DNA of 62,993 nucleotides, the filler included, from Squatina squatina (taxonomy: Eukaryota): the NCBI GenBank assembly GCA_031763465.1. It is 15 parts of one record of this genome, joined end to end, with 100 filler letters (N's around TTAATTAATTAA, not from the genome) between each part and the next. Parts side by side here need not be neighbours in the genome. Positions count along the whole stretch, not along the records: positions 21,448 to 25,705 come from JARFOE010000007.1; positions 25,806 to 28,453 come from JARFOE010000007.1; positions 28,554 to 30,573 come from JARFOE010000007.1; positions 30,674 to 32,510 come from JARFOE010000007.1; positions 32,611 to 34,062 come from JARFOE010000007.1; positions 34,163 to 38,673 come from JARFOE010000007.1; 9 more parts are not named here. The stretch is one strand, 5' to 3'. The notes beneath the pieces are model-generated. The model was not told the origin of the DNA, did no database searches, and saw only the letters and a program-made list of their open reading frames with translations. Shown here piece by piece: positions 24,257-36,600 of this stretch. Position 1 is the first letter of the stretch. Every line of letters starts with the position of its first letter. Made by a program: the position numbers and the translations under genes.

Positions 24257-25127
24257 CTGCAGAGAACGGAAACAACAGGTTAGGTGAGCATGGTGACTCT
24301 TCCACGTATACAGCAGATAGTACACTTCACCAAAAGATTAGTGTTACTCAAACTTTTTTTTAATTAAGGGCCACAACATCGACCAAAATCATGCTTAATA
24401 TCTCAGGAATGCTGCAACATGAAGTGACGACACTCAAGAGGTCTACTCCTGCAATTCTCCAGTCCGCGAGTTCCTGATTTCAGTCATGCCATTGTGAGCA
24501 CGAACCAAGTGTTGTCTAGGCAATTCCCCACTGGAATAGGAAAAAGAAACTATAGGACTAATAGCTCTATCTTTATAAATTCCTTCAACTTACTCTCTGG
24601 AAACTGAAATAACATTGTCCCCTACTGGGAATCCTTTACCATAGTTAGCTGCAGAGCAAGAACTGGAAAGGAACCAGCACTGAATCATTCAACATCCCAT
24701 AGCTAGGCAAGCCACGAGTGGAAGCCCAGTGGCATACGCAGCAGCAAGTCCACTGAAGGTCACGGGTGCAGGGAAGTTGAATCTTGAATGACCCCCTCAG
24801 ACTGTTATGAATGCTGCTGCCAGATTCAACAGGGAAAAAATGTTATCACAATGGCGAACCTAGCTGCAGATTTCAAAGCCCATGATCTTATAGTCTCAGG
24901 AGCAACTGGCTGAAAAGCCATTAGGGGAAAAGAGGAAAAGCTGAAAGGGGACATTAACTATTATCACTCGTAAACTTGCTGCAGGACAGTTCCAGAATTG
25001 CACCAGTATGACCTTAAAGCACATTATGCTTTGACTGTCCTTTCCATCATAGGTAACGGCATGTTCCAGGGCAAGAAGATGGTAGATTGTTTACCACATG
25101 CAAATAGGAAATTCCTGCAATCGACTG

Positions 25128-25380
25128 AGGGAAGGTGCGGGGTGCGGGAGGGGGACGGCGCGGGGTGAGGGACGGGGACTGAGCGGGGGAGAGGGACGGG
25201 GACTGAGTGAGGACAGGGCGAGGGCGGGGCCAGGGTCTGAGTTAGGACGGAGCAAGGGTGGGGAAAGGGTGAGGGCGGGGCCAGGGACTGAGTTAGGACA
25301 GGGCGAGGGTGGGGACAGGGCGAGGGTGGGGCCGGGGACTGAGTGAGGATGGGGCAGGGTGAGGACGGGGACAGGGCGAG
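25128..25380 (+). repeat. G-rich minisatellite in the last MEF2A intron
   Basis: Degenerate tandem units gggactgag(tt/tg)aggacagggcgagggtgggg. Confidence 0.85.
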
Positions 25381-25639
25381 CACTGATTTCCCCTTTCTAA
25401 CTACTCTTTCTGTTTGTGTCACAGGGAATGGAGATCGTTCAGACGATGAACAGTGACCCTGGATTAGCTGTCGGTAATTTGGTGCAATTTGTTCGATTAA
25501 TAAAATGTGATGTGCCCAGCAGCAACCTGAACTGGACTGATTGTATGAATTGAACGCTCTCACTGACTGGGATCACCAGGGAGTTACTGTCTAACTGGCC
25601 GCCAACAACTCTACATTAAAATTCCAGCCTTTTCCCCTC

Positions 25640-25705
25640 GCCCTGGGAGTGTTTGATGGGACAGTGTAGTGGGAGCTTTATCTGCCCTGGGAGTGTTTGA
25701 CGGGA
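25640..25705 (+). repeat. Tandem satellite-like repeat at a contig end
   Basis: gccctgggagtgtttga(t/c)ggga occurs twice before the gap. Confidence 0.6.
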
Positions 25706-28700
25706 NNNNNNNNNNNNNNNNNNNNNNNNNNNNNNNNNNNNNNNNNNNNTTAATTAATTAANNNNNNNNNNNNNNNNNNNNNNNNNNNNNNNNNNNNNNN
25801 NNNNNCCCATTCCCACCTGTGGAGCACAGCAGGCCAGGCGAAGCGCGAGGGTTAACAAAACCATTTCCTGAAATTGATTTTAAAAAGTAAATTATTAAAA
25901 AAGATACATTCTTAACATTAGTTTTTATTACATTATGTGACTCCGTTTCTTGCCCAATTTAATTAGTTGCACTCTTTTGGCGTTGAGATAGAAGATTGGC
26001 CACGATCTTATTGAATGGAGGAGCCAAGTGCCCTACTCCTGCTCCTGCTCCTGCTCCTATTTCTTCTGTTCTTAAGGACACCTCCCGGTTATGTTTGATC
26101 AGACTGTCTTGGGCTCACAACAAATGGCTTGACGAGTGTCACCACTATTCCCGGCCAGAAGGAAGATCATTGGGTAATCCCCCCAAGAGTCATGCCTGGA
26201 GACTGCATTGCTCTAAGTGATTAGGATTGATGTTATGCACATAATTTGTAGGTAACTATCTTCCAGTCGCTGCATTTTGCTGGAGAAATCACCCTGCTTT
26301 TATTGGGAGATGTTGCTGCAGTCTCTTCATAAATAGGCTTGGCTTGCTGTAAAATACATGGTTTTGCTGCAAGTTTTGCCGTGAGTCCCAGCCCGTCTCC
26401 AACTCATCTATTGACAGCANNNNNNNNNNNNNNNNNNNNNNNNNNNNNNNNNNNNNNNNNNNNNNNNNNNNNNNNNNNNNNNNNNNNNNNNNNNNNNNNN
26501 NNNNNNNNNNNNNNNNNNNAAGGAAAACCCAAGAAAAAATTTGGGACTTAAAAATATAAATGCAGCAGAATTTAATCTGGACACTTCAATGCCAAAATCT
26601 CCAATATAAAATTGGAGTAATTCTGAATGTGTTAGCAAGGCTCATTGGTTCTACTAACTTTGTTCAGGGTCTGTTGCAATCAAGCTACAGCTAAAAGAGT
26701 AATATACATTTTGTAAAAAAATTAAATTTTGACAAAAAATAAATAAATACTCGCTAAAATTTTAGCTTTATAAACTATGGAGTGTTTCGGCCCATTTTTG
26801 GGCCCCTGAAGTAGGCAGCACACTCGGAGCCAGAAGCCTGAGGCTCACCCAAAATTGGGCTTTATACATCATCAGCGTACTAAGGCAATCTGCCATCCAG
26901 ACACAGCTTCACGAGGACAAAGTTGATCCTGGCCTTGGGCGGATGGGTGGTGGGGGGGGGGTCGATCAGGACGGAAGTCAAATCCATCATTTTGATGGCG
27001 GCCTCCGGTAGGACCACTTTTTAGGCCACATATAGACCTGGCTATCCTGAACACAGCAGGCCCGATGCTGGCTCTGTTCACGGCAGCCCAATTTCGGGAA
27101 GGAGAGGGGGGTCTCAAACAAACGTTGGGCCTTACCAATGTCATATGTTTCAGGAGCGGGCCCTGGACACTTATACTAGAGCCTTTATCAATATGGTGGT
27201 CAGCACATTTCTGGCTTGGAATATGCGTGCTCACACGACCGCCATATTGGATGCTTAGGTGTCTGTTTTATGCCTGTAAAACAGGCATGGTGTCAACACA
27301 TCTCTAGGTTTGTGCATATTTTTGATGTATAGAACGTTACAAAGACAGTTACTTTTCAACCATTTTTGGATTTTAAGAGGGAGATTATATAATGCAGTAA
27401 TTAAACACCCTTCAGTATATGAAGAAATCTAAATATTACTCCACTTTCTTCCCCTTTTAAACCATGAGACAAGTTTCTCAAGAACTCGAGAGTGGTTCGA
27501 TTTCCCAACAGCACTGGCAACAAACAAAAGGCATGCCAAGAACGTGGAACTGACATCCCTGCTGACACACAGCTCTTTCAAAAGCTGCCTCCCCCGTTCA
27601 CGAGGAAGGTAAAAACAACAGCTGATGATCCATCAGGACCTCACCAGGGTCTCAGTTCCAGGATTCGCCCTTAATCTGCACCTGCTGTCCCACTTCACAC
27701 AGCGTATAACAGGCACAGTTAGCTGGCAGGTTATTGTGTACCAGGACCTTAATGGTATGACATAGTCCANNNNNNNNNNAGTTGAAACTGTCATTTGAGT
27801 AAATCAAATTCTGTTGCGTTTTTTTGGAAAATACTCCATCATATTAGCTATAATGATCTGTGTATTGTGTAGCAATGTTATCTTGTAATGGCAGGTCGAT
27901 GTAAAAATTAACTCAATAATGACACACCCAATCAAGATTGACTTAAGTCCTCTTTACGTTGTAAATTTAATTCGTGTTATTACAGCATAAAAATTGCCGA
28001 CACAGTTCAGCTGTAATGCTACAAAAGCTCAATCTTGAGAGTAAAAGTAAATGTAGATCTGGAGTGATATTGGAATGATCTTTCAGTTGTGCCACTTACT
28101 TTTATTGTAATGATGAGTCATCAAGTCAGATGCAGCTGCTTAGATGCATTCTGAACTCTGAGTTCTGCTTTGTTGTATGCTACAGACTTTGACTAGATCA
28201 CTAGTACTTAGTTGAGTTGTACTGAAGAATTAGGTGCAAGGGATTTCTATGCACCAACCTGGTTTCTGTATTCAGAGCCTATTCCCATTACTTGCCGGTC
28301 AATATATCCATGAAATGTGTTCGTCAGTCAATTTACACTATGCAAGTTTGCTATGAACTAATTTTTTTTTTTAATTAAGCCTGTTACTGACTCGAGATTC
28401 CATGCTCAACCTTTTAAATTTAGATTTGCAGAATCTAAAGATTTTCACTGAATNNNNNNNNNNNNNNNNNNNNNNNNNNNNNNNNNNNNNNNNNNNNTTA
28501 ATTAATTAANNNNNNNNNNNNNNNNNNNNNNNNNNNNNNNNNNNNNNNNNNNNTATATAAATATAAGATGTTGTTGTCGTCACTAAAGGACAATTCCAGT
28601 GTATGCAAAATAGTGTTTAAAAGAGAGTTCAGGCAGTTCATTCCACTTCATAAAATCTAACTGTACAATCTTTACATTATTCTAGGAGAGTGGACAATGT

Positions 28701-30420
28701 TGCTCATGGCATCAAAATATTAAAAATGTACCAACTGAGAATGGAGCTCCCGGCATGTAAGTAAGCACAGATGTTGCGAAAATCTTAACTGGCAGACAGG
28801 CTGACTCACAACCAGGCAGCACATTGAACCCTGCAGCTACTTGTCTCAGATTGCTAATACAGTATACATGTATCTTAAGATGATGAATAGGAACTCTTTC
28901 AAACTCAAACAGCAGTCCTGGAAGAGTACTTGAAATTACATAAATTTGCAAAGAAACTGTCTGCACAGCTGATGCCTCACAGCCGGCGTAGACACGAGAG
29001 CCTGGAGACCAGCTCCACCATTATTGAGAAACAGCAAAGCAAATACGGAGTTACTTTCCCAGAGCTGGAGATGGACACCCGTTCTGCACCCAATGACTAG
29101 GTGAATTACTGGTGCTGGATCATTAAGAATTTGAACCTTTGACCTTCAAAACAAAGATAAGCAGTCGATAAATGGCATTGAGAAATACATTCACAATCTC
29201 CGACCCAGACTGCGAGCTTCAGATGGGTATAATGTACTTGATCCCTGATGGTACCTCATAGATTAGAAAATGAAGCACATAGATTGCCTAGTCTATCAAA
29301 TGATTGTGGGAAAATTAAAGAAAATTCAAACTAAAATATTATAAAATCGGATCATCTGTTAAATCAGCCATTTCTGCATTTGAAAAAGATTCCATCAATA
29401 GTCACAACTTCACTTTTCTCCCCTGCAATAGCATGCAATGCATTAATTTCTTTAATTGGCACAACCTTTATCAATTATCTCCACTGACTTGTTCAGAAAA
29501 CCACACTAAAATTGGTAAATATTAATGCCAGCATGGCTGCAAGTCTTTCAGCAAAATGCTTACTGAGCATCACCTTGGAGATATTCTGGAAACTTCTCAG
29601 ACTGGCTAGCAGAGTGGCCTCTTTTCATTCCAACATTTATGCTTTTAAACACAAACCATATTCACAAAAAAAAAACAGGTTAGTGAACAAAAGCCTTAAT
29701 TAGTAAGGGAATATTAATTCCAGCCATTTTTACGCTGGCTACAAGCAGCTGTTATGTCTATGTTGCACAGAACAGGACTCCACAGTGCCATCATTTCAAA
29801 AAGTTCAGCTATCTTTGTATTAATCTCTTTGTCAGATAGTTGCACCATGACATTGGAAGCTAAGCAAAAGTGAAATTCCATTAAAACTTCTTGAAGGTTA
29901 AAAAATCTTTGAAAAGGATTATAGGAATATTCTTGCAGGAGTTTTTTTCCTTTGCTACCAAACAAACAGTGAACAAAAGTAAATGATGAATGGCAACAAA
30001 CAGATTTGCCCTGATGTATATGGAGAAGAGTCAATGTTACTATGGGGAACAGGAGGAAAAAACACTCGAGGCACTATTCAAAACATAACATTTTTAACCA
30101 GAAAGTAGGCTGAACATCATCTGACCAAAATGGCAGCACAACAGCATNNNNNNNNNNAAGCAAGATTCCATAGTAACATTGTGTGACTGTGTAAACCAGG
30201 TTGTGGCAAATCGGCAGCCTATTTTACATCTCCCGATTGCAGCGAATGGAAATAAATTGGGAGAGATGGAAAACAAGCTGCCGACTCGCTATCACCCACT
30301 TTACATAAGTGCACAAAGTCAAGTTCTACCCCAGAGTGCCGTAGCATTAATTTCTTGTTTCTAATGACAGGAGGTTAAACAAAGCTGAAGTATTCCGTCT
30401 ACGTCAGATTTCTTGCTTAC

Positions 30421-30474
30421 CCACAGGGCTGGTGCCTGCACCATTTGGCATTGTAAGATCACCCATCATTCCAC
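30421..30474 (-). CDS. MEF2A: MEF2A internal 54-nt coding exon
   Basis: ctctgttttattttag|(G)GMMGDLTMPNGAGTSPV(G)|gtaagc, phase 1/1; matches the MEF2A GM...DLT.PNGAG.SPVG segment. Confidence 0.9.
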
Positions 30475-31322
30475 CTAAAATAAAACAGAGGGGAGATCCA
30501 GCTTTAGAACAAAGGCAGCAGAAATACATTGGCAATTAGTAGCAACAAAACTGGTCCTAAATATACTTTCGGGNNNNNNNNNNNNNNNNNNNNNNNNNNN
30601 NNNNNNNNNNNNNNNNNTTAATTAATTAANNNNNNNNNNNNNNNNNNNNNNNNNNNNNNNNNNNNNNNNNNNNGATTAATGAAATTCATCATTTACTGGC
30701 TGATTAATCCAAAGGGCAGTAAGAATTTTCAAAAATATAAGCTTCAAAGCCCAGGTTGGTATTCTATAAATTTTCAGCTGCAATTGATAAAACAGAGCAC
30801 ATTCTGCCAAATACAACACGGAACACCTTAACGAATGTTTAGAGCAGCTTGGCACACACCATGCCCAAACTACAAATGTTAGAGTGAATTATTCTGTACA
30901 TTAATTCACACACACACACACACATCACGGTGATAATGAGTTGAGAGATGGAAAATCATAATAATGCTGGAGGCGTGCAATAACTGAAATTACACAGTAT
31001 GAAGAGGGTGATTCATTCCAGCCATGGTAATTTAAATGAGTTAGTTCTAAATCAGCTCATGAGATTAGGTACATATTTTGTAAATTAGGTCTCATTCTGT
31101 GTTTCCTTCACGCAATGTTCAGTTGTCTTCATGCAGCCTTCTTCAGTCAAAGAGCAGGCAATCGGGCAGCAAGGAAATNNNNNNNNNNNNNNNNNNNNNN
31201 NNNNNNNNNNNNNNNNNNNNNNNNNNNNNNNNNNNNNNNNNNNNNNNNNNNNNNNNNNNNNNNNNNNNNNNNNNNNNNNNNNNNNNNNNNNNNNNNNNNN
31301 NNNNNNNNNNNNNNNNNNNNNN

Positions 31323-31360
31323 GGACTGTCGGAGCCTCTGTGTTCTTTCTTGTTAAGTGC
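31323..31360 (-). CDS. MEF2A: MEF2A mutually exclusive exon alpha2, partial (remainder in N gap)
   Basis: Acceptor ttctttaaatctgctag then GCA CTT AAC AAG AAA GAA CAC AGA GGC TCC GAC AGT CC = ALNKKEHRGSDS(P), the start of the alternative alpha exon. Confidence 0.9.
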
Positions 31361-31410
31361 CTAGCAGATTTAAAGAATCAACACAAAGAATACCAGATGA
31401 AGGTACTTAC

Positions 31411-31542
31411 ACCATATCGCTTGAACATTACATCATTATCTTCATTAAGCTTTCTGTATTTGTCCTCCATGAGCGGACTGTGCTCAAAAGAATCATCTGG
31501 GTCTGGGCTATCACAGTCATTATGTCCTTTCTTTCTTAAGGT
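31411..31542 (-). CDS. MEF2A: MEF2A mutually exclusive exon alpha1 (132 nt)
   Basis: ttcag|[50 protein letters not shown]; 44 codons, phase 0/0; the FEHSPL..D...KLNED motif is MEF2A-type. Confidence 0.93.
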
Positions 31543-32301
31543 CTGAAATACAATTGGAAAATTCACACAAAACTACAAACCTGCTACGACAATAACTGTT
31601 CACCGATAGATATATAAATTTTATGAGCAACCCCACCCCTCCACCACCACCCCAAACACTTATCCAGTTTTAGTGGAAATCTTTACAAATGTGGAACTAT
31701 GCCTGAAAGAAGCCACCGTGACTGCCGCAAAACTAAACAGCTGTAGGAGTCCGCATTCCAATTTAAAAATGGGAGATGGGTTTTACCATCAGGAACTAAT
31801 TTTCGGCCAGGATGCAGTAAAATGAAGTTGGTTCTCATTCACCTTGAATGAAATACATGAAGTTCATTGCAGCTTTATAGCCGATTTAAAGTTAGAATGA
31901 ATTTACACAGCTCCCCTTGTTTCACACGATCTGAATTGCTCATAAATGAGACAATCCTGGAAAATAGTTGAAAGGAAATGTTGAAAGCAAAATAGCATAT
32001 TACTAAAGGAAGGGACACAATGAATAGAAGGTGAAGCAAGGTAGTCTTGCTTTCCATATGCAAACTTGGAATGCTTAACGCATGAGTGAAATATTTAATG
32101 TCATATTTTTAATGCAATCTGACGCGGTACGGAAATAGGTCACAACACAATGGTTACAGCCAATTATTTGCATAATGGAGCATACTTTTAGGTGTCATAG
32201 TGCACAGATACAAGTTAGAGTGCGACAAGTTTATAAACTGAAGGAAAACAAAAGTCTTACTTTCAGAATTTCTGGGAAGGTTCTTTTATTTTGAAAGTTC
32301 T

Positions 32302-32473
32302 GGGAGTAGAAATTCATCTTTGGTGGAAACGAGAAACAGGCAGTATCATATTACCCGTCAGTCATATGCCCCGTATATCAAAGTCAATGGAACTGAATAT
32401 TGGGCATGGTGTATAGCGGGCAAGCGATACACCACCTGTTCTTGGGCTACTGCCCAAGACAATTTCCTACCCC
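32302..32473. mobile_element. Palindromic MITE (a similar element at about 33010-33160)
   Basis: Termini gggagtagaaatt / aatttcctacccc with internal acagg...cctgt and cccg...cggg symmetry. Confidence 0.55.
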
Positions 32474-35400
32474 TGATGTCTTAACGCATACCAAAACTAT
32501 CCTTTTATTTNNNNNNNNNNNNNNNNNNNNNNNNNNNNNNNNNNNNNNNNNNNNTTAATTAATTAANNNNNNNNNNNNNNNNNNNNNNNNNNNNNNNNNN
32601 NNNNNNNNNNTAGCTCATCAAAGTAGCCATTTTTCACGTGAGCAAGTATCGATGATTTATTTGCTGATAGGAACCGTTACAACAGAGACTAATCTTTTCC
32701 TCATTTGGCACATGTACATCCAAAAAGGTGGTCACAGTATAGCATTGGACGGTGGAAATCACGGCCAATGAATTTAAGGCCAGGAACACGGAGGTCCTTT
32801 GTGGTGCCCCACCAGTGCTGCAGCTCAGATCAGCAAATGCAGCACAGGCCAGATTTCCAATTCAGCTTTAGCATGTGGTAGCATGCTGGTAAACATAAAT
32901 GCCCTATAAAAAGTAACTTGAAGGAGATCAAGGAAAGGGGGGTCTTTGAACTGTAAAAATGAAAAGGAATACCAGTTCACTCTGAAATTTTGATATCATG
33001 AATGTGCAGTCCTGGCGGGAAGCCAACTGCTCCGTAGGAACATATATCGGGGAATTTTAGGCATGCTCCTGGTGATTTTCCATCCATTAATTTTAATGGA
33101 CAGAAAATCGTGGGGAATGTCCCTGCAATTTTCTGATGCGTGTTCATGCCAGGAGTGCTCATTTGTAATATCGGCCCCATGTATGTTGAAATTCAAAGCA
33201 GCCGGGAGTAAACGCGTGAAAAAGTTTCAGTACAAACTAAGTTTGAACGCCATCTGAACATACTGTTGCTGCGATCATTGTAAACTGTTTCACCATATAG
33301 AATTACATCCTCAACCTCCAAATAAAAGACTTGAAATCCTTTTAATCTGAAGTGGAAAGTCTGCAAAGAGAGTTTTTGAAAATACTTGGCATATATTTTG
33401 TCCTCTATACACCGACTCTGCCTAAACTTCCACTAATGTACAGGATCACTAAATCAGCACATGGCAAACAGGTGGTGTCATTGCTAACACCTGTCAGCCG
33501 TTCAAGACCTTGATCTTCCATCCTAGCCAATCAGCTGGGTACTCCATGCACCATGGCCATACATGGTTCTGTTATTTGGTACCCTGAAGGTCATGAAGTG
33601 TGAGCCCAGCTTGCTCTGGCTGCCAGCTCAGACAGTTCCCAGCACTGATATGAGTAAAACAAATATTCACCCTCCGCTGGGAAAAACGCTCAGCAGACAG
33701 GCTTCAGCTACCGTTTCTGGAAGTCTTTGCGCGACGTGACTCTGGAGGGGCTGTTGTCAACACAAGGGAGCTTGAAGCAACAGCACTCCATTAAAAGATA
33801 ACACGCCATGAAGCTTTTCTGATATCCAAGTCCTGTCACCTTATCACTTCATTTGAGCTTCAGTTTTCAGCCCTAAAGCCATGAAATAACTTTGTTCTTT
33901 TATTCATCATTAGGCAGTCGCACAATAGCAAGAGCCTTGTTGTGTACACAAGAGTATATCTGGAATGCTGTAATCTGTTAACAAGGCCCAGTGAGGGCTA
34001 TGGGAGAGATATAAGCCTCCATTTTCTCAGAGACTGCAATTTCACCGTGATAAGAGCTGTGCNNNNNNNNNNNNNNNNNNNNNNNNNNNNNNNNNNNNNN
34101 NNNNNNTTAATTAATTAANNNNNNNNNNNNNNNNNNNNNNNNNNNNNNNNNNNNNNNNNNNNTTACAAAGTAGAACGTCTATAGTTTCAATTATTAATAC
34201 GGGCTCCCTTCCTATGATTCATAAACTGGAAATTCAAATACTTGGTGCTAATTTTGTAAAACCAAAGCAAGTGACCGCTTGATGCAAACATAATGAATGT
34301 GAAACTTTACTTTCTTTTGTTATCTACCTCTAAAATAGAAGTTCCTTTTATCCCCAAGACAATTTCTCACAGACAATTCCCTGACTTGAATTCTCTATTT
34401 AAAAAAAATCTGTCTGCTCTTACTTGACACCTTTAATCTGCTTTCACCAACTATAAGCCATACCGTTCCTGAGATGAATGCACGAAAAAGAAATGCAGAC
34501 AGATTGTGCTCTATCAAAGAGCTGCTACAGGCACGATGGGCCTGCTTCTGTGCTGTATCATTCTATGAGATAAAGACGTCAAGTATGTCCTACACCTATA
34601 GTTAACATCACTTCTTGAAGCTAAATTAGTAATTTTGCATAACCTGAAGTTCATTGTAATCCCAACAGTATTTAAGCATTCTAACCAACTGATAACACTT
34701 GAAATGATACAGGGCTGAAATATAATACCATCTTTCCAGCTTTCTCATAAAATTTGTATCAGGAAATTAAGATGCATAATTAAGCACAATGAAATGAAAG
34801 CTTCCAGGACATCCAGAATGATCNNNNNNNNNNNNNNNNNNNNNNNNNNNNNNNNNNNNNNNNNNNNNNNNNNNNNNNNNNNNNNNNNNNNNNNNNNNNN
34901 NNNNNNNNNNNNNNNNNNNNTGGTGCCTTCTGCGAGCTGCTGTCTAGCAAAAACCACAGCCTATGAGCAGAGCTTGGAGAGCAGCCAACTTATGAAAAAA
35001 TGTCAACCCATTTTCTTCTCCCTATGGATTATTGCTCTGAAATACAAACTTCACTATGAAAGAGAATCATACGGTATATACCCAACGCTCGCAGTGAACC
35101 AGGGCTTCATTCTTTGTAAAAATTTTCATTTTTACTTTGCAGCTTCTGATGGAGAAGAATATGCAAGCAGAACATGCAGTCCAAAAATCAGCAATGGCAA
35201 TTTAGAACTGCAAACAAACTAGTGTAGTCTGTCACTGCTCCTATTACCACGGGCTATGGAGTGATAATAACACAAGTAATAGAAAAGCAATCTTTCAGAG
35301 CTTTTCACCCTCCCCGCCCCCAACCCACTCCAGTAAAACTATAAATCAGAAGGCTAAGATGTTAAAGACTGGAAATAAAAAAAATTACAATGGAGAAAAA

Positions 35401-35857
35401 CACTGGCACCATCTTACATTTCCAATGTACAGAATAAATATAATAGACCCTGCGACAGGAATTACAAGAAAGTCTAAGAGTTGATGGCTTCATGAATCAT
35501 GACAGTGAACCCATGGGAATATAAGACACAGATTGAATTACAATCTTTCATTCCCAAATATTATTTTCTGCAATGCACGCCTGCATTTAAAAGTAGACAG
35601 TGGTCAAGAGAACACAGGCAACATGCAAAATATAACTGCTCTACTGGCAGAATGATGAGGTCTTCCCACCAGCACTAGGGTTCCCACCCAACTTTCATAA
35701 TTCTCCTACTCTGGTGGGAGTGAGGAATAACATGCATCCACACCAGTAGAAATGAGTNNNNNNNNNNNNNNNNNNNNNNNNNNNNNNNNNNNNNNNNNNN
35801 NNNNNNNNNNNNNNNNNNNNNNNNNNNNNNNNNNNNNNNNNNNNNNNNNNNNNNNNN

Positions 35858-36600
35858 TATTGATTGGACATGTTGAGCATAAAGTCTACTGAGACTCCCA
35901 GGTTTCTTAGTTTTATTCTTAGCCATTTCAGCACTATTTATGCTGGTTGTGCATTGCCCATTTTTCTTTATGTGCAGTACTTTACACTTGCACCTGCCAC
36001 TGTCCTTCCGAACTATATATTTTGTTATCTTTTTGAAATTTCTGACCTGCCTCCTTTTCCTCTGCAAGGTTGGCTTCACTTGCGAATTTAAACAATTTAC
36101 ATTGAGTTTCGGAATATATTCCCCACCTTTTGCAAATACTGGACGTATATCAAAGAAGATTACTTTGCATTCTCTATCTTTGAGTTTTGAGGCAATCCTC
36201 TTGCATTTGACTTTGAGGTCCTTGTATTATTTCTCCCTTTGTCATTTACCCCTGTGAAGACTACCACCACTGGATCCTTCCTTGTTCCCTTCAGTATCCC
36301 TTCTAATGTTTCCTCAATATGTACTACTCGAGTTCCTGGTAAGCACTCACCATCCCATTAGGTGTTGTCTTTACGATCCACATGGTTATCCTGAGCAAAG
36401 TCCCCACAACTATAATCTTGGTGACTTGCAATCTGTGTTTTTGGCCAAGCTATATTCTCTAGTTGCTGGCTACATCTTAGTCTGTAACTTTGCTACTTCT
36501 GCTCTATTGGACAGTACCCAGCATCTGCTCATTACTGTAATCCTTGAACAGTTCCACAGGCTTACTCTGCATCATGTACAATAAATTCTGAGCAATGAAC
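35858..36600 (-). mobile_element. CR1 LINE remnant: ORF1 esterase region next to an ORF2 C-terminal piece
   Basis: CLPGTRVVHIEETLEGILKGTRKDPVVVVFTGVND (SGNH-esterase-like ORF1), followed by KCKVLH and RNLGVSVD (RT C-terminal motifs). Confidence 0.7.

Noticed and set aside
25024..25563. 179-aa Pro-rich ORF
   Set aside because: Produced by the G-rich minisatellite, which is poor in stop codons.
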